The notes under the pieces are model-generated. The model was not told the DNA's origin. It worked only from the letters and a program-made list of their open reading frames with translations, and searched no databases. A stretch of DNA of 64,000 nucleotides, from the NCBI GenBank assembly GCA_000092065.1, contig CP000584.1, one strand, 5' to 3'. Shown here in pieces: positions 48,687-60,167 of this stretch. A program made the position numbers and the translations under genes. The first letter of the stretch is position 1. Each line of letters starts with the position of its first letter. The DNA is from Ostreococcus lucimarinus (lineage: Eukaryota).

Positions 48687-49243
48687 CGTCGCGATGGGAC
48701 GGCGCGACGCGTCGGCGGCGTTCGTCCGAGTGTCGCGGCGCGAACGCGCGACGCGCGAACAAAGGGTCGCGGATATTTTGGTTTTTCGAAAATTCGAATG
48801 GATGCGATCAAATCTACGTATACGGTGTGTAAAAAACGCCATCACGAGTGGATAGGGTTCTGCATCCAAATCTTTAAATCGCGCGGCGCAGCTGTCGACG
48901 TTTTGGCGCGCAAGATGACGGATGAGTTTCGACGCCGCGCCGCACACCTCGCCGCTCGACGAGGTTATAAATCTAAATCTCGAGCGAAACGAACTGCATC
49001 GATTCGATCGTGTTCCGCGCGAGCATCGCGTCGTCATCCGCGCTTGAGGGAGCGCGCACGGACAACGCGCGCGCGAACGGCGTCGAACGAATTCGCTTGT
49101 TCCCCCGATCTCGACACATCGCCGATCGCGCGCATCGGCGACGTCGATTTCGAGCGCGTCGCGGGAGTGTTCGGTGACGAACGCGCGCGTGGACGTGAGA
49201 ACGAACGTCGTTCGTTCACCGCGAGCGGCGCTCGCGCGAAGGC

Positions 49244-49584
49244 ATGGCTGGGAAACGCGCGACGCCGGTAAAAGATGCGTCGAAAAACAAACCGAAAACG
49301 ACGCCGGTGAAGAAGTCGACGATGAAGGCGCCGCGGGACGGGGCGTCGGCGCCGAATTCGCCGGCGGGGCGTGGAACGCCGCGACGAGCGACGGCGAATA
49401 AGGCAACAGAAAGAATGAAGGAAATGGCTGTGAAGACGGAGGACATGGATGAGGACTACGCGTTCGACGGGGATGACGATTACGCCGCGGCGCCGAGCGC
49501 GCCGGCGAGCGGGCGCACGACGCCGAAGAAGTACAGAGCGCGCGTCGTGGGAGGATCAGCACCGCCGACACCGATGAGCAAGAG
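49244..49584 (+). CDS. DNMT5: DNMT5, exon 1 (lysine-rich, S/TPKK-type H1-like N-terminus)
   Basis: MAGKRATPVKDASKNKPKTTPVKK...SPAGRGTPRR...TTPKKYRAR... ends AAG AG|GTACGC (donor at 49585). Listed as an unrelated 128-aa ORF in the track. Confidence 0.6.
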
Positions 49585-49831
49585 GTACGCTAGTAGTGGT
49601 TCTTTGATTTTATCTCCGTTGCGCGCGTGAACAGGACGGCGCGGATGAGAGAAAAGGGGAATCGCGATCAGGGCGCCCGCGGGTGCCCGCGACGCGTTTC
49701 CCGCCCGAACTGCGTCGCCGACGGCAAACGCGCGCCTCACGCGACGTTGACGCGCTTCGGGCGCGTTGAAATCGCGCGTATACATGGATGACTGACGAAT
49801 ATTTTTTCACCTCTTGTTTCATTTTTAACAG
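49585..49831 (+). other. spliceosomal intron (247 bp) of DNMT5
   Basis: GTACGC donor. ACTGAC branch site 34 nt upstream of the AG. Strong polypyrimidine tract. Confidence 0.6.
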
Positions 49832-52800
49832 ATCTCCGGGTGGTTCTCCGCGCAAGAGCGGAGACAGCGACAGCGGCGCGAGCGGCAACCCGAGAACGCA
49901 ACTCGCGGAGCATTTGCCCGTGATTGCGGATATCGGTGGTATGTTTGCCGATCTTGTTAGTCGTGTTCCGGGCATGGAGAACTTCTTGACGGCGATGAAG
50001 CGCCCGTTACGCGTCGCGACGATGTGCTCTGGCACGGAGTCGCCGCTTCTCGCACTCGACAAGATTGGGGACGCCACGGAAAAACTCTATGGTACGCGTC
50101 TCGCCGTCGACCACGTGTTCTCGTGCGAGATCGAACCGTTCAAGCAAGCATACATCGAGCGTAACTTCGCGCCGCCAATCCTCTTTCGCGATATTCGCGA
50201 ATTAGGCGGCGACCAGGCGACGACGGCTTACGGCGCGAAAATCAACGTGCCGCACGACGTCGACATGCTCGTCGCGGGTACTTCTTGTGTCGATTACTCC
50301 AACTTGAACAACGAGCGTAAGGGTCTCGAGGCACAAGGGGAGTCTGGTCAAACGTTCCGCGGGATGATGAACTGGATCAGAAAGAGCCAACCACCGATCA
50401 TCATCTTGGAGAACGTGTGCAACGCGCCGTGGGATCAAGTGCAGAAGAAGTTTGAAGACGAGGGCTACCACGCGCGTTTCATGCGCGTGGACACGAAGCG
50501 GTTCTACATTCCGCACACGCGTACGCGTGTGTACTTGTTTGCGTGCAAAGCGAGCGATGCATCGCTCGTCGAAGCGTGGAAGGGTATGGTAAAGTCGCTC
50601 GAGCGACCGGCGAGCGCGACGCTCGAAGCATTCCTCTTCGACGCCGACGATCCTCGTGTACACGAAGGTCGACGTATGTTGGCTCGCCCGGGTGAAGATT
50701 CGACGCGCGCAAACACTGACTGGGGACGGTGCGAATCTCGTCATCAACGCGCACGCTTGGAGGAAGGTTTGGGTCAGCGTCGCCCGTTCACGCATTGGGA
50801 TGGCGGTTGCACGCTCCCCGACTTTGCATGGAACGACTGGGGTAAGGCTCAGACCGACCGCGTGCTTGACTTGATGGACATCGACTATTTACGCCTTGCG
50901 CAACTTGATATTGATTCCATGCACAAGACTTTGGTTTGGAACCTCTCTCAAAACGTCGATCGTACCACCGGCTCGGTCGCTCCGGGAATTTGCCCGTGCC
51001 TGACGCCATCGATGGTGCCGTTCGTCACCAACCGTGGTGGTCCTCTCGTCGGCATTGAAGCTCTGAGCTTACAAGGGATTCCGGTCGATGACTTGTTGTT
51101 GACCCGTGAAAGCGAGAACCAAATGAGCGATTTAGCCGGCAACGCGATGACGACGACCGTCGTCGGCGCTTGCATGCTCGCCGCGATGACTCTCATGACG
51201 GACAACCTCGCCGCAAAGAAGCACAAGACGGCTCGACGCGCTTTACTGCTTGACGATGATTCCAAGGAGAGCTCGCAAACTATGCAAGGCTCGCTGACAG
51301 TCGTTCAAGCTGCTGCGGCTAAGAAGACGGAGGTCGTCGGGCAAGACAAGTTGGTGAAGCGTCCCCTCGATCTCGGCATGAAGCCAGTCGGGATGAAGGA
51401 GCTCCTCAGCAAGGCGAACAGATCTGCGCGTTTGTGCGTGTGCGAAGGTGAAACTGGCACCACTGATGCGGATTCTCTCGTCATTTGCCGTGACTGCTCT
51501 CACACGTGCTGTATCAAGTGCTGCGGGCGACCCGAACACAACTACGAGAAGCACGTCGTCGATCGCATCTTGCCGGAGGATTTCAAAGAAGACTTGAAAA
51601 ACTCTCTGCCGATGCACATGAAGTTGGATGTGAGCTCGGCCAAGTTTACGAAACCGAAAGAACTTCTTGGTAAAGTGTGGGACGACTGGATGGACGCGAT
51701 CAAGGCTATTGGGGAAGCTGATTTCTTGTTCCGAGGCATGAAGCGAACCAACGTCTGGCGCGTGTATTACTCGTGCGCTTCTGAGGACAAAGTACGCTTG
51801 GAATTGCGCATCGCTCCTAACGCGGCCGAGTGGTTGATCTTCGTTGATCCTTCCATCAAGAAGGGCAAACCGGAGGAGTTCCATGAACGCCCGTTGATGC
51901 GTATGCTCTTGGACAAGTCGGCGAAGAGCGTCTTGGACGGCACGTGGGAGTTCTTCTCGCCAGAGTACGCCGCGGTGCCGGTTATTCTTGAAGGTAAGGG
52001 CGAACTCGAAGATTCTTGGCAGATCAAGCTCGGTATGTTGACCAACAGCAAGCTGAACGGTGACGTGAATTGGCCGGAGGAACGTTGGACTCAGTACGAA
52101 GTTAAGCTGAAAGATCCGAAGAACGCGACAGAGTTTGATCGCAGCATCACCGGCACCTACCAGCTTTATGACAAATGCGACGCCGCTCAAAGTTCATTGC
52201 ACAAGCGCATTGGTGGCCCGCAAAATGGTCGCGAAATGTACTTCTTCATGGACCCCAGACGTAACCAAAAGGGTGAATTTGACTACTTCGTGTTTGCGGA
52301 TAACCATCGTCGTTTGATGTATGGTGAAGACCGCATGGAGACGGCGCACTTGGATTTCCGAAACCTTGGACAGCCTCCTTCGGGAGATCGTTTCCGTCCG
52401 AGTGATAAGAAGGTTGTCGAACACATGGCTCACACGTTTGGAAAATGGACTGCTCTGCCGCAAAAGGTTGCCCTCATGCCCGCCGTCGTCCAAAACGCCG
52501 TCGTGTTGACGCCGCCGGTGAACGCCGTCCCGACTCAAGGCGAGGACTCGTGCTCGAAGGCGGTTGCCATCATGCGTTGCTCCGTTCCTTTGTCTAGCGT
52601 TGATGTCGATTTGTGGCCCGAGAATGGATACACGACTGTGCGTCTTGACAAGAGTCATGCTACCTTCCAACGCCTCGAGTGGTTCACGTCTCGCATGGAA
52701 CTTCCGAAGGTTGTGGAGAAGTGGAACCAGCTCAGCGACGATCACGCGTTGTCGTGCGATAAATTCGCTTGCTCGCGATGTGCGCCGACGCCGCCGACTC

Positions 52801-55800
52801 TTTTGTGGAGCCGACAAGTCGGTTCGCAAAAGATTCAAGCCCGTGAAGATCCGTTGCAGGCATCCAAATATGAACAAGCGCTCAAGTGTCGACCCGAGCC
52901 ATTCGTCGTGCAATGGACTCGCGAGAAGACGACGGGCAACTTGATGATTGCTGGTAACCCAGCTACGCTCGTTCATCGTGCTCTTGCGCTTGTCGCTCCG
53001 TCTGGTGTTCGAGGCATCGAATCAAAGGCGCCGCATATGTCGTGGAGAATCGTTCGACACGACGACCGCCCGATGGACAACTTTGGGGAGTTTGAATTGA
53101 AGAGCAACCGTCACGACAAGCAAGTTGCGCAACCGCCGAACTGGAGCAAGAAGTACCCACTTCGCCCAGAACAACTGCGCTCGCTTGGGTGGATGGTTCA
53201 GCAAGAGATCAACGAAACGCCGTTCGTGGAAGAGGAAATTTGTGAAAAACTTCTTCCGGCTTTGGGCCTTCGCATGGATGGCAAGGCGGAAGTCTCAAAG
53301 GTGATTCGCGGCGGCATCGTGGCCGATCAAGTTGGTTACGGGAAAACGGCCATCTCCATCGGGGTCATCTTGGCGAACCAGCTCAAGTTCCCGACGCCCA
53401 AGCAAGCTAAAGTTGATGCTCCGGTCAAAGCGATTCCGACCAAGGCAACGCTTGTCATCGCGCCGTCTCAGTTGCTCCGCCAATGGCCGAGAGAGGTTGA
53501 GAAGTTCAGCGCGAGAGGTTCTTTGAACACGGTCGTTCTCAAGACAATGTCTGATCTCAACTCTTTGACGGCGCGAGAGGTCATGGAAGCAGATGTTGTC
53601 ATCGTCGCTACGACTCTCTTCAGATCTTCGCTGTACTTTGAGCGTCTCGCGCAACTCGCCGGTCGACCTTCTCTTCCGGATCCGAAATCTTCGAGCCAAG
53701 CGCGCCACTTCACGAGCGTGTACAAGGACACTGTGGCGAGCCTCGAAGACCAAGTCATGCGATTGACCGATAAGAAACTTGGTGTCGCTGAGGTTGCCAA
53801 ACACGTTCGTTGTGGCACTTCTACGCTCAGCGACGTCGCCGTCACAGCGGCGCCCAAACGTCTCAAGGGCGCAAAGCTCATCGAAATGACCGAAAAGGCT
53901 GGCGGCGAAGGTTACGAGTTCGTCGAGGCCTTGCACAAGGAACGCCAGCAGGCTTTGGACAAGGAGAATGTTCAAAAACCGATCAATGTTGAGCCGACAA
54001 GTGCTCCGGTCACGCCGTCCAAGCCTAAGAAGACGCCGACGAAGAAGACGCCGACGAAGAAGACGCCGACGAAGAAGACGCCGACGAAGAAGACGCCGAC
54101 GAAGAAGACGCCGACGAAGAAGACGCCGATGAAGTCACCGATCCGCGCGTCTGCGCGAAACACGCCGCGTAAGTCATACGCTGAAGATGATAGCATGGAA
54201 ACTGATGATGAGATCTCTGATTGGGATGACGATGAATCGCTGGATGGCAGTGAAAGCGAGGAATTCGTCAAGGAAAAGTCGACGCCGAAGCGTAAGCGCA
54301 TCGTTAAGCAACGAAGCATGGAAATTGACGCCGATGGCAATAAAGATCATTGGGGTCTCGAAAGCGCTCAAGCTGAGTACGACTGGCGTGACATCAAGTC
54401 TGTTCCTGTCGAGCTATTCCACTGGCGCCGCGTCATCGTCGATGAGTTTACATACTTGAAGCCGTCCGATAAGGCCGTCGTCATGGGACTTCAATCTGAA
54501 TCCCGTTGGTGCTTGTCTGGTACTCCGCCGGTGGGCGACTTTGCCGACATCAAGGGTACCGCTGCTTTACTCGGTATCAACCTCGGCAGCGACGAAGTTC
54601 CGCGCTATAACAAGTCGGAAATCACGAAGGTGGAGACGTTCCAATTCTTTAAGGAGAAGCCGACACAACAATGGCACAAGCGAAGATGGGAGGTGGCGCA
54701 AGGCTTTTTGAACCGTTACATGCGACAAAACATTGCTGAAATCGATGAGATCAAGTTCAAAGAAGATGTGTGTGATGTTCAACTTCGACCAGCTGAGCGT
54801 GCTATCTACCTTGAGCTCGATCACTACTTGCAATCCATGGACATGAAGGCGAAGAAGAAGAAGCGAGGCGCGTCTGAGAGTGACCGCGACGCCCGTCTCG
54901 CTGCCGTCCTCGGCAACTCTTCTTCCGCAGAAGAAGCACTTCTGAAGCGCGTGGCGCACTTCGAATTGGATGACGAAGCGGGAACTGCGCTTCGAACTTG
55001 CCAAGACATCGTGAACGTTCGCAAGACTCAACAAGAAGATTGCTTGAAGGAATTCGGTGAAGCCATTCTCAAGGCGCGCGCCATGTTGTCGCAAATGTCT
55101 CAGATGCCTGACTTTACTCCGGAAGACAATCCGTTCATCCGATGGGAGAACGGCGTTCAAGGCGAAGGTATCGGTGACCCCACAGCGAGCGAACTTCTCA
55201 AGGGCGTTCTCAAGGAGCAAACCGAAGCCAAGGCTGCTAAGACCGCGCACCTCTTGCAAACGCGCCCGCCCGTCGGATCGACCATCGCGGTGTTTTCTGT
55301 TGAAGAGCAAGAATGGATTGAAGGTGAAGTTCGCGGTTATAGTGGTCAGTGGAAGCAAAAAGCTTCCGTCTACTACGACGCCAAGACTCGTAAGGATGAA
55401 GATTTGACCAAGGTTGACTGGAAGGTGGTCAAGGCTGTTGAAGGCGAGCCGAGCTCCACGATGGACTCTGGGAAATCCGTATCCATGAAGAAGACGAAGA
55501 CGGCATCCCTCGACGATAAGCTCTGGGAGCTGCGAGAGCATACGCACGGTCTCCGCAAGTTGCAAAAAGAGCTTGTCGGTCGAGTGCGCTCTTTGCGCTT
55601 CTTCCAGTCTGTTCGTGACTTGCAACAAGCCAAGATGGACGATTCGGTCAAGTGCGAAGCGTGCTCGAAGAAGTTTGCCAAGTCAAAGTCTGGCGTCCTA
55701 TCTACGTGCGGCCATATTGGTTGCGTCACCTGCCTCAAGGTCAACGCCGAGAACCAAGAGTGTGGCGTGAAGAACTGCGATTGCGCTACTCGTGACACGT

Positions 55801-56348
55801 CCGTCGTGACCGCGGTCTCTCTTGGCACCGAGGCCAGCGCGGACTCCAAGTCTATCAAGACTGATGGTGGCGTCGGCGTGCACGGTTCAAAGATCATCGA
55901 CATCGTCGCTCACATCAAGTCCATCCCGGATGACGAACGAATCCTGGTCTTCGTGCAATTTCCTGACTTGATGCAACAAGTGAGCTCCGCGCTCAACGAA
56001 GCTGGTATCAAAACGCTCAAGCTCAAGGGCTCGGTGCATCAACAAACGGGCGCGCTCGACGAGTTCCAAAAAGAAAACTTGAAGAAGGATGATGCTCGCG
56101 TTCTCTTGCTTTTGAGCCGAGACGAAAGTGCGTCTGGAGCCAACTTGACGACGGCTAACCACGCCATCTTCGTTCACCCCTTGCTCACGAACACTGCTCA
56201 GGAGTACATCGCCAGCGAGACGCAAGCCATCGGTCGCATCCGCCGCTACGGGCAACAGCGCGAAGTGCGCATCTGGCGCTTCATCGCTCGCGATTCCGTC
56301 GACTCTGAAATCTTGAGTCAGCGCGCCGCTGGCTTGATGCAGAACTAA
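49832..56348 (+). CDS. DNMT5: DNMT5: C5 cytosine methyltransferase + RING + SNF2-family ATPase, exon 2
   Basis: Acceptor TTTTTTCACCTCTTGTTTCATTTTTAACAG| with a GACTGACGAAT branch site. The joined frame continues ...PTPMSK|RSPGGSPRKSG.... MTase motifs: ATMCSGTESP (I), GTSCVDYSNLN (IV), ILENV (VI). SNF2: GYGKTAISIG, DEFT box, QAIGRIRRYGQ. Two RING-like Cys clusters. (KTPTK)7 repeat. Confidence 0.85.
54028..54132 (+). repeat. in-frame 15-bp tandem repeat (AAGAAGACGCCGACG)x7 encoding (KTPTK)n inside DNMT5
   Basis: Direct read of seven perfect units. They lie in the linker between the methyltransferase and SNF2 parts. Confidence 0.85.
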
Positions 56349-56519
56349 TAACAGACTAGATGCGCTTCTTACTTTACTATTACTGCAACCGCAAAGAAAC
56401 ACCCTCATATTGACGACAGGAGGTGGTCTGATCCCTCTCAAGTCTGCCAGTTGTCGCCAACACACATATATGACGATTTGTAACGTGTTTTACATACAAC
56501 TATATCACCTAATGACGCT

Positions 56520-57335
56520 CTAATACCAACGCGTCGTCGTTTTCATGAACCAAGCATCTCGTGCAGTTTCGGTGCTTCGAAGCTGCGCGTAGAGCGGTAG
56601 TTGGTCTTCAAGAACTTTCCTCGTCGCTCCGCGGCGTCGATCAACGCGCGGAGTTGGCGCCGAAGATGGATCTTGACTCAACTTTATCTTCGCCAACTGT
56701 GAACGCAGGCGCTCAGTTTCTTTCGTCTTCTTCTCGAGTTCGATGGTCAGGCGTTCGTTGCGCGATTTTTCGCGCGCCAACGCCCCTCGAAGCTCCTGAA
56801 TTTCTCGCTCTTTCGCGTTTGCTTTCGAACGCCGCTCTTCGCTTTCAACCGCTGTCGCGTTCTTTGTCGCCGTCGTTCGCGCAGCATCGGCGCGACGTCG
56901 TGCCCAAAATAACGCCATATCTAAATCAAACGAGACCGGCGCTAGCGCTCCCGGATCGTGCGCGCCATCTTCATCGTCTCGCCGATCGCCGGCTCTGCCT
57001 TTGGCCCTGGCGCCCGCTTCCTCATTCAAGTCACCGGGGAACGAGGACGTCGACAGTTCGTCGTCGAATTGCGCGTATTTTTCCAGTCGCACCTCTTGTA
57101 GGTGTTTAGACACCCGCGATGCCATCTTCTTCGCGTACTCCTCTTCGCTCAGTGCGTATTTTCTTCTTCTCTGTTCGGCCTCGATGTCCAAAGCGCTCAC
57201 CCACGGCGGTCGCGCGTCGCCGCCGTCATCGCCACCTCCATCGGTCGACGATGATGATGCGTACTCATCGTACTCATCACCGTCTTCCCGCATCGCGTCG
57301 CTCGCGAGGTCGTCCCACACAGCGCGAGGTCCCAT
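56520..57335 (-). CDS. coiled-coil protein (hypothetical)
   Basis: ORF 56520..57434. Preferred start MGPRAVWDD at ATG 57335. Acidic N-terminus, then a coiled-coil region (EREIQELRGALAREKSRNERLTIELEKKTKETERLRSQLAKIKL). TGTAA on the minus strand lies 26 nt past the stop. Confidence 0.5.
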   Translation of the reverse strand: MGPRAVWDDLASDAMREDGDEYDEYASSSSTDGGGDDGGDARPPWVSALDIEAEQRRRKYALSEEEYAKKMASRVSKHLQEVRLEKYAQFDDELSTSSFPGDLNEEAGARAKGRAGDRRDDEDGAHDPGALAPVSFDLDMALFWARRRADAARTTATKNATAVESEERRSKANAKEREIQELRGALAREKSRNERLTIELEKKTKETERLRSQLAKIKLSQDPSSAPTPRVDRRRGATRKVLEDQLPLYAQLRSTETARDAWFMKTTTRWY

Positions 57336-57548
57336 CGCGAGGCGACACCGAACCGCGCGACGTCGTCTGTCGCGGCGTGATTCAAACGTCGATGTTCCAG
57401 ATTTCAGGGCGTCCTCAGGTTGTAAAACCCTCACGATTTTTATGATTTATTTCTTGATCCCACATACTATAAATACTGTCTTTAAAGTGCCGTCGCTTCG
57501 GGTTTTTGGTCGATCCGAAGCGTCACGAACGTTGCCGTCGACACGCTG

Positions 57549-59051
57549 GTGGTGGTTGACCGTCGCGGCGGCAGAGTGACACACGTCGTCGTTCAAGCAT
57601 CGCATCGCGCGGAATTTCGAGTGAACGCTTTCCTCATGCTCTCTCGTGCGTTCGCCGCCGACAAAGATCGTCACGCGGTGGCGGCGAACGCGCGCGATGA
57701 CGATCACTCGCCTTCGGTGCCGACTGGATTAATGACGCCTTTGCGGAGCGACGAAGACGTTGCGTGCGCGAGGGACGCGGATATTTCGGCGAGCAGTGCG
57801 AGTGGAACGCCGACGTCGAAGTGCTTCGTGCACGCGCCCGCGGACTCCCCGAACGGGACACCGCAAGAAAACCGAAAAGCCGTGCTGGCGCGCATGGAGC
57901 TCGTCCAGCGCTGGCCCACGCGAGTGGAGTTGTCCGCGGCGGAACAAAACCGTGCAGAGATGTTTTCGCGCTCGTACGAGGACGAAGACGATGGATTCAT
58001 GCTTGCCGAGCGACGAAATGAAGCGTCGACGGTGCGTCGCACGCTGCAAGCGTCGCAATCGCTGAGTTCGATGCCACGCATCGATTCCAAGCCGCCGCTG
58101 GCGCCAAAACCGACGCTGTCGCGCGCCAGAGCGTACGCTTCGGAGGCAGATTTGAGCAAACTGGTCGACACTCATGACGAAGGGCCCGTGTCTTTCGGGC
58201 CTAGTGTTGCGTTAATGCTCGTCGATATCCAACCCGTGTATTGGAGCTTGGCGCCAGAGGTGCAGGCGGCTTTCCCCACGTTTCCTGAAAATGTTTCGCA
58301 TCTACTCGCCTCGGCGCGAGATGCGGGCTCGCACGTCGTCCACGTGAAAGCTTCATACACGTATGACACGTGTCCGTGGCTGAAGAACTTCCAGCGATTG
58401 AACCCAGGTCGACGCGCATACGAGATCGATCCGTCCGAGGTGGAGGAGTTTGCGCAACCGCGCGAGGGCGAAACCATCGTCGACAAGGACACCTTTGGCG
58501 CCTTCATCCACGCGCCAGATCTCGCAGTGCGACTGCGCGAAGCTGGTGTGAAGACGATCGTATTCGCTGGGCTCATCACGTCTGTTTGCGTGCAACATTC
58601 TGTTTTCAGCGCCTTTAACGCTGGTTTCCGAGTCGTCGTCGCGCACGACGCGTGCGGCGATCGCTCTCGCGCTCGTCACGAAGCCGCATTGATGCTTTAC
58701 GGCAACTACATGTATGATGTCGCATCGACGAGCGAGTTAGTGCAAGAAACCGTGGAAGCGAAGAAACGAGAAGAAGTAGAATCTTCTTACAAATCCACGG
58801 CCGCACCGTCGGTTGTTCAAAAACCGCCCCGACCGCTCGCCATCGCGAAACCGACGGCGGTGCACGAATCAAATGTCGCCGATTTGAAGTCCAAGCGATA
58901 TCTTGTCGCCTCCAAATACGGTGGCTCACCGGTAAGCAACCTTGGGGTGTCGTTGTCTCAAATTTCTCTCGTCGATTACGTCGACAAGCGCGGCGCCCGA
59001 GGCGGCCTGTCACCTGTCAGCGCGCTAGATCTTGATAACGCGTCGCTCTAG
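57549..59051 (+). CDS. isochorismatase-family (cysteine hydrolase) domain protein with long N-terminal extension
   Basis: C-terminal half: MLVDIQPVYW...TIVFAGLITSVCVQHSVFSAFNAGFRVVVAHDACG (catalytic Cys/Asp/Lys arrangement of the isochorismatase fold). TGTAA at 59133-59137. Confidence 0.6.
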   Translation: MVVDRRGGRVTHVVVQASHRAEFRVNAFLMLSRAFAADKDRHAVAANARDDDHSPSVPTGLMTPLRSDEDVACARDADISASSASGTPTSKCFVHAPADSPNGTPQENRKAVLARMELVQRWPTRVELSAAEQNRAEMFSRSYEDEDDGFMLAERRNEASTVRRTLQASQSLSSMPRIDSKPPLAPKPTLSRARAYASEADLSKLVDTHDEGPVSFGPSVALMLVDIQPVYWSLAPEVQAAFPTFPENVSHLLASARDAGSHVVHVKASYTYDTCPWLKNFQRLNPGRRAYEIDPSEVEEFAQPREGETIVDKDTFGAFIHAPDLAVRLREAGVKTIVFAGLITSVCVQHSVFSAFNAGFRVVVAHDACGDRSRARHEAALMLYGNYMYDVASTSELVQETVEAKKREEVESSYKSTAAPSVVQKPPRPLAIAKPTAVHESNVADLKSKRYLVASKYGGSPVSNLGVSLSQISLVDYVDKRGARGGLSPVSALDLDNASL

Positions 59052-59148
59052 AGCCGTGTTTGAACTCATTACCGGTCGACCTGTCTTTGACTCGCTCCCT
59101 AATCGAGCGTTCTGTTGTTGTTCCACTTATAATGTAAAAATATTGCCG

Positions 59149-59940
59149 CTACATTTTAAAATCGATGAACACGAGTTCGTCTCCTCCTTCTTGAACGAGT
59201 AGTTCGCGCATCACGAACGCGCCGTACTGCTCGGTAAGCGTCTCTTTAAACCTTTTACGATTTTGAGGCGCTCGGCTTGGTGGATCTCCCAGTAGAAATC
59301 GGCCACCGCCGCGTTTTACGAGCTTTGGAACGAGTTCCGCGACGGGCAATACAGCGTGCGATTCATAGAGTACATCGCACGCAAGAAGAGTGTCGAACTT
59401 CGCTTGATCTTCGCGTACGTCATTCCAGTCGAAATCTTTCACCAAAACGCGATCTTGAAACCCATTTGCCTCGATTGACAGGATGGCGCACGCCAACGCG
59501 AGCGGTTCGCGGTCGAAGAGCTCGACTCGTTTCGCGCCCGCGGCGCACGCAACGAGACCAGCAAGTCCTAAACCTGCGCCGAGATCACACACCGTTTTGT
59601 CTCGCACCAAAGCCGGAGCGTTTGCGATGTACCGAGAAACCGCGAAAGCGCTCGGCCACAGAGTCGCCCAGTACGGATCTGCGTCGAAGGCCTCGTTCGC
59701 GACGTAGTGCTCAACGACTTCGTCTTCAGAAACCGGTCGCACCAATCGCACGCTCAGGGTGTCGGATATGATAATTTGGTCCGTCACGAGCTCGAACACA
59801 TCTCGCACGTCTCGCACGTCTCGCTCGCTTGCTCTCGGCGACCGTCGTGGCCGCCGCCGCTTTTCTAACGACCATCGTCTCTCGAGTGCGAACGTCACTC
59901 TCGACGCGCGCGTTCGCGTCACCGCCGTCGTGGCGGACAT
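59149..59940 (-). CDS. putative protein-lysine N-methyltransferase (Methyltransf_16/METTL21-like) with presequence
   Basis: VCDLGAGLGLAGLVACAAGAKRV (motif I of the family), DFDWNDV, LLACDVLYE. T/R-rich N-terminal presequence. Confidence 0.6.
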   Translation of the reverse strand: MSATTAVTRTRASRVTFALERRWSLEKRRRPRRSPRASERDVRDVRDVFELVTDQIIISDTLSVRLVRPVSEDEVVEHYVANEAFDADPYWATLWPSAFAVSRYIANAPALVRDKTVCDLGAGLGLAGLVACAAGAKRVELFDREPLALACAILSIEANGFQDRVLVKDFDWNDVREDQAKFDTLLACDVLYESHAVLPVAELVPKLVKRGGGRFLLGDPPSRAPQNRKRFKETLTEQYGAFVMRELLVQEGGDELVFIDFKM

Positions 59941-60167
59941 GCGTCAACGCTTCGATCTCCTCTATTGTGGCTCACGACGCATGGTCCGCGACGAACGAAG
60001 CGTTGTGTGGGGATTCAACGCCTTTTTCTAAGTTTGTACGTACGCTTTCGTTCAAGAGCCCTGTGCCATGCGCGATTGATTAGCGCGGGGACGACGTGAG
60101 TCGCGTATTAATTACGTGCGTATATCGTTCTCTTACCACATGTGTTTCTAGGTTTCTATGCTTCCGT

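Noticed and set aside
50202-55628. Five 200-350 aa minus-strand ORFs inside the DNMT5 locus (50202..50795, 51243..52190, 52194..52976, 53295..53975, 54567..55628)
   Set aside because: All are antisense to a gene with unambiguous MTase, RING and SNF2 motifs. None has recognisable motifs.
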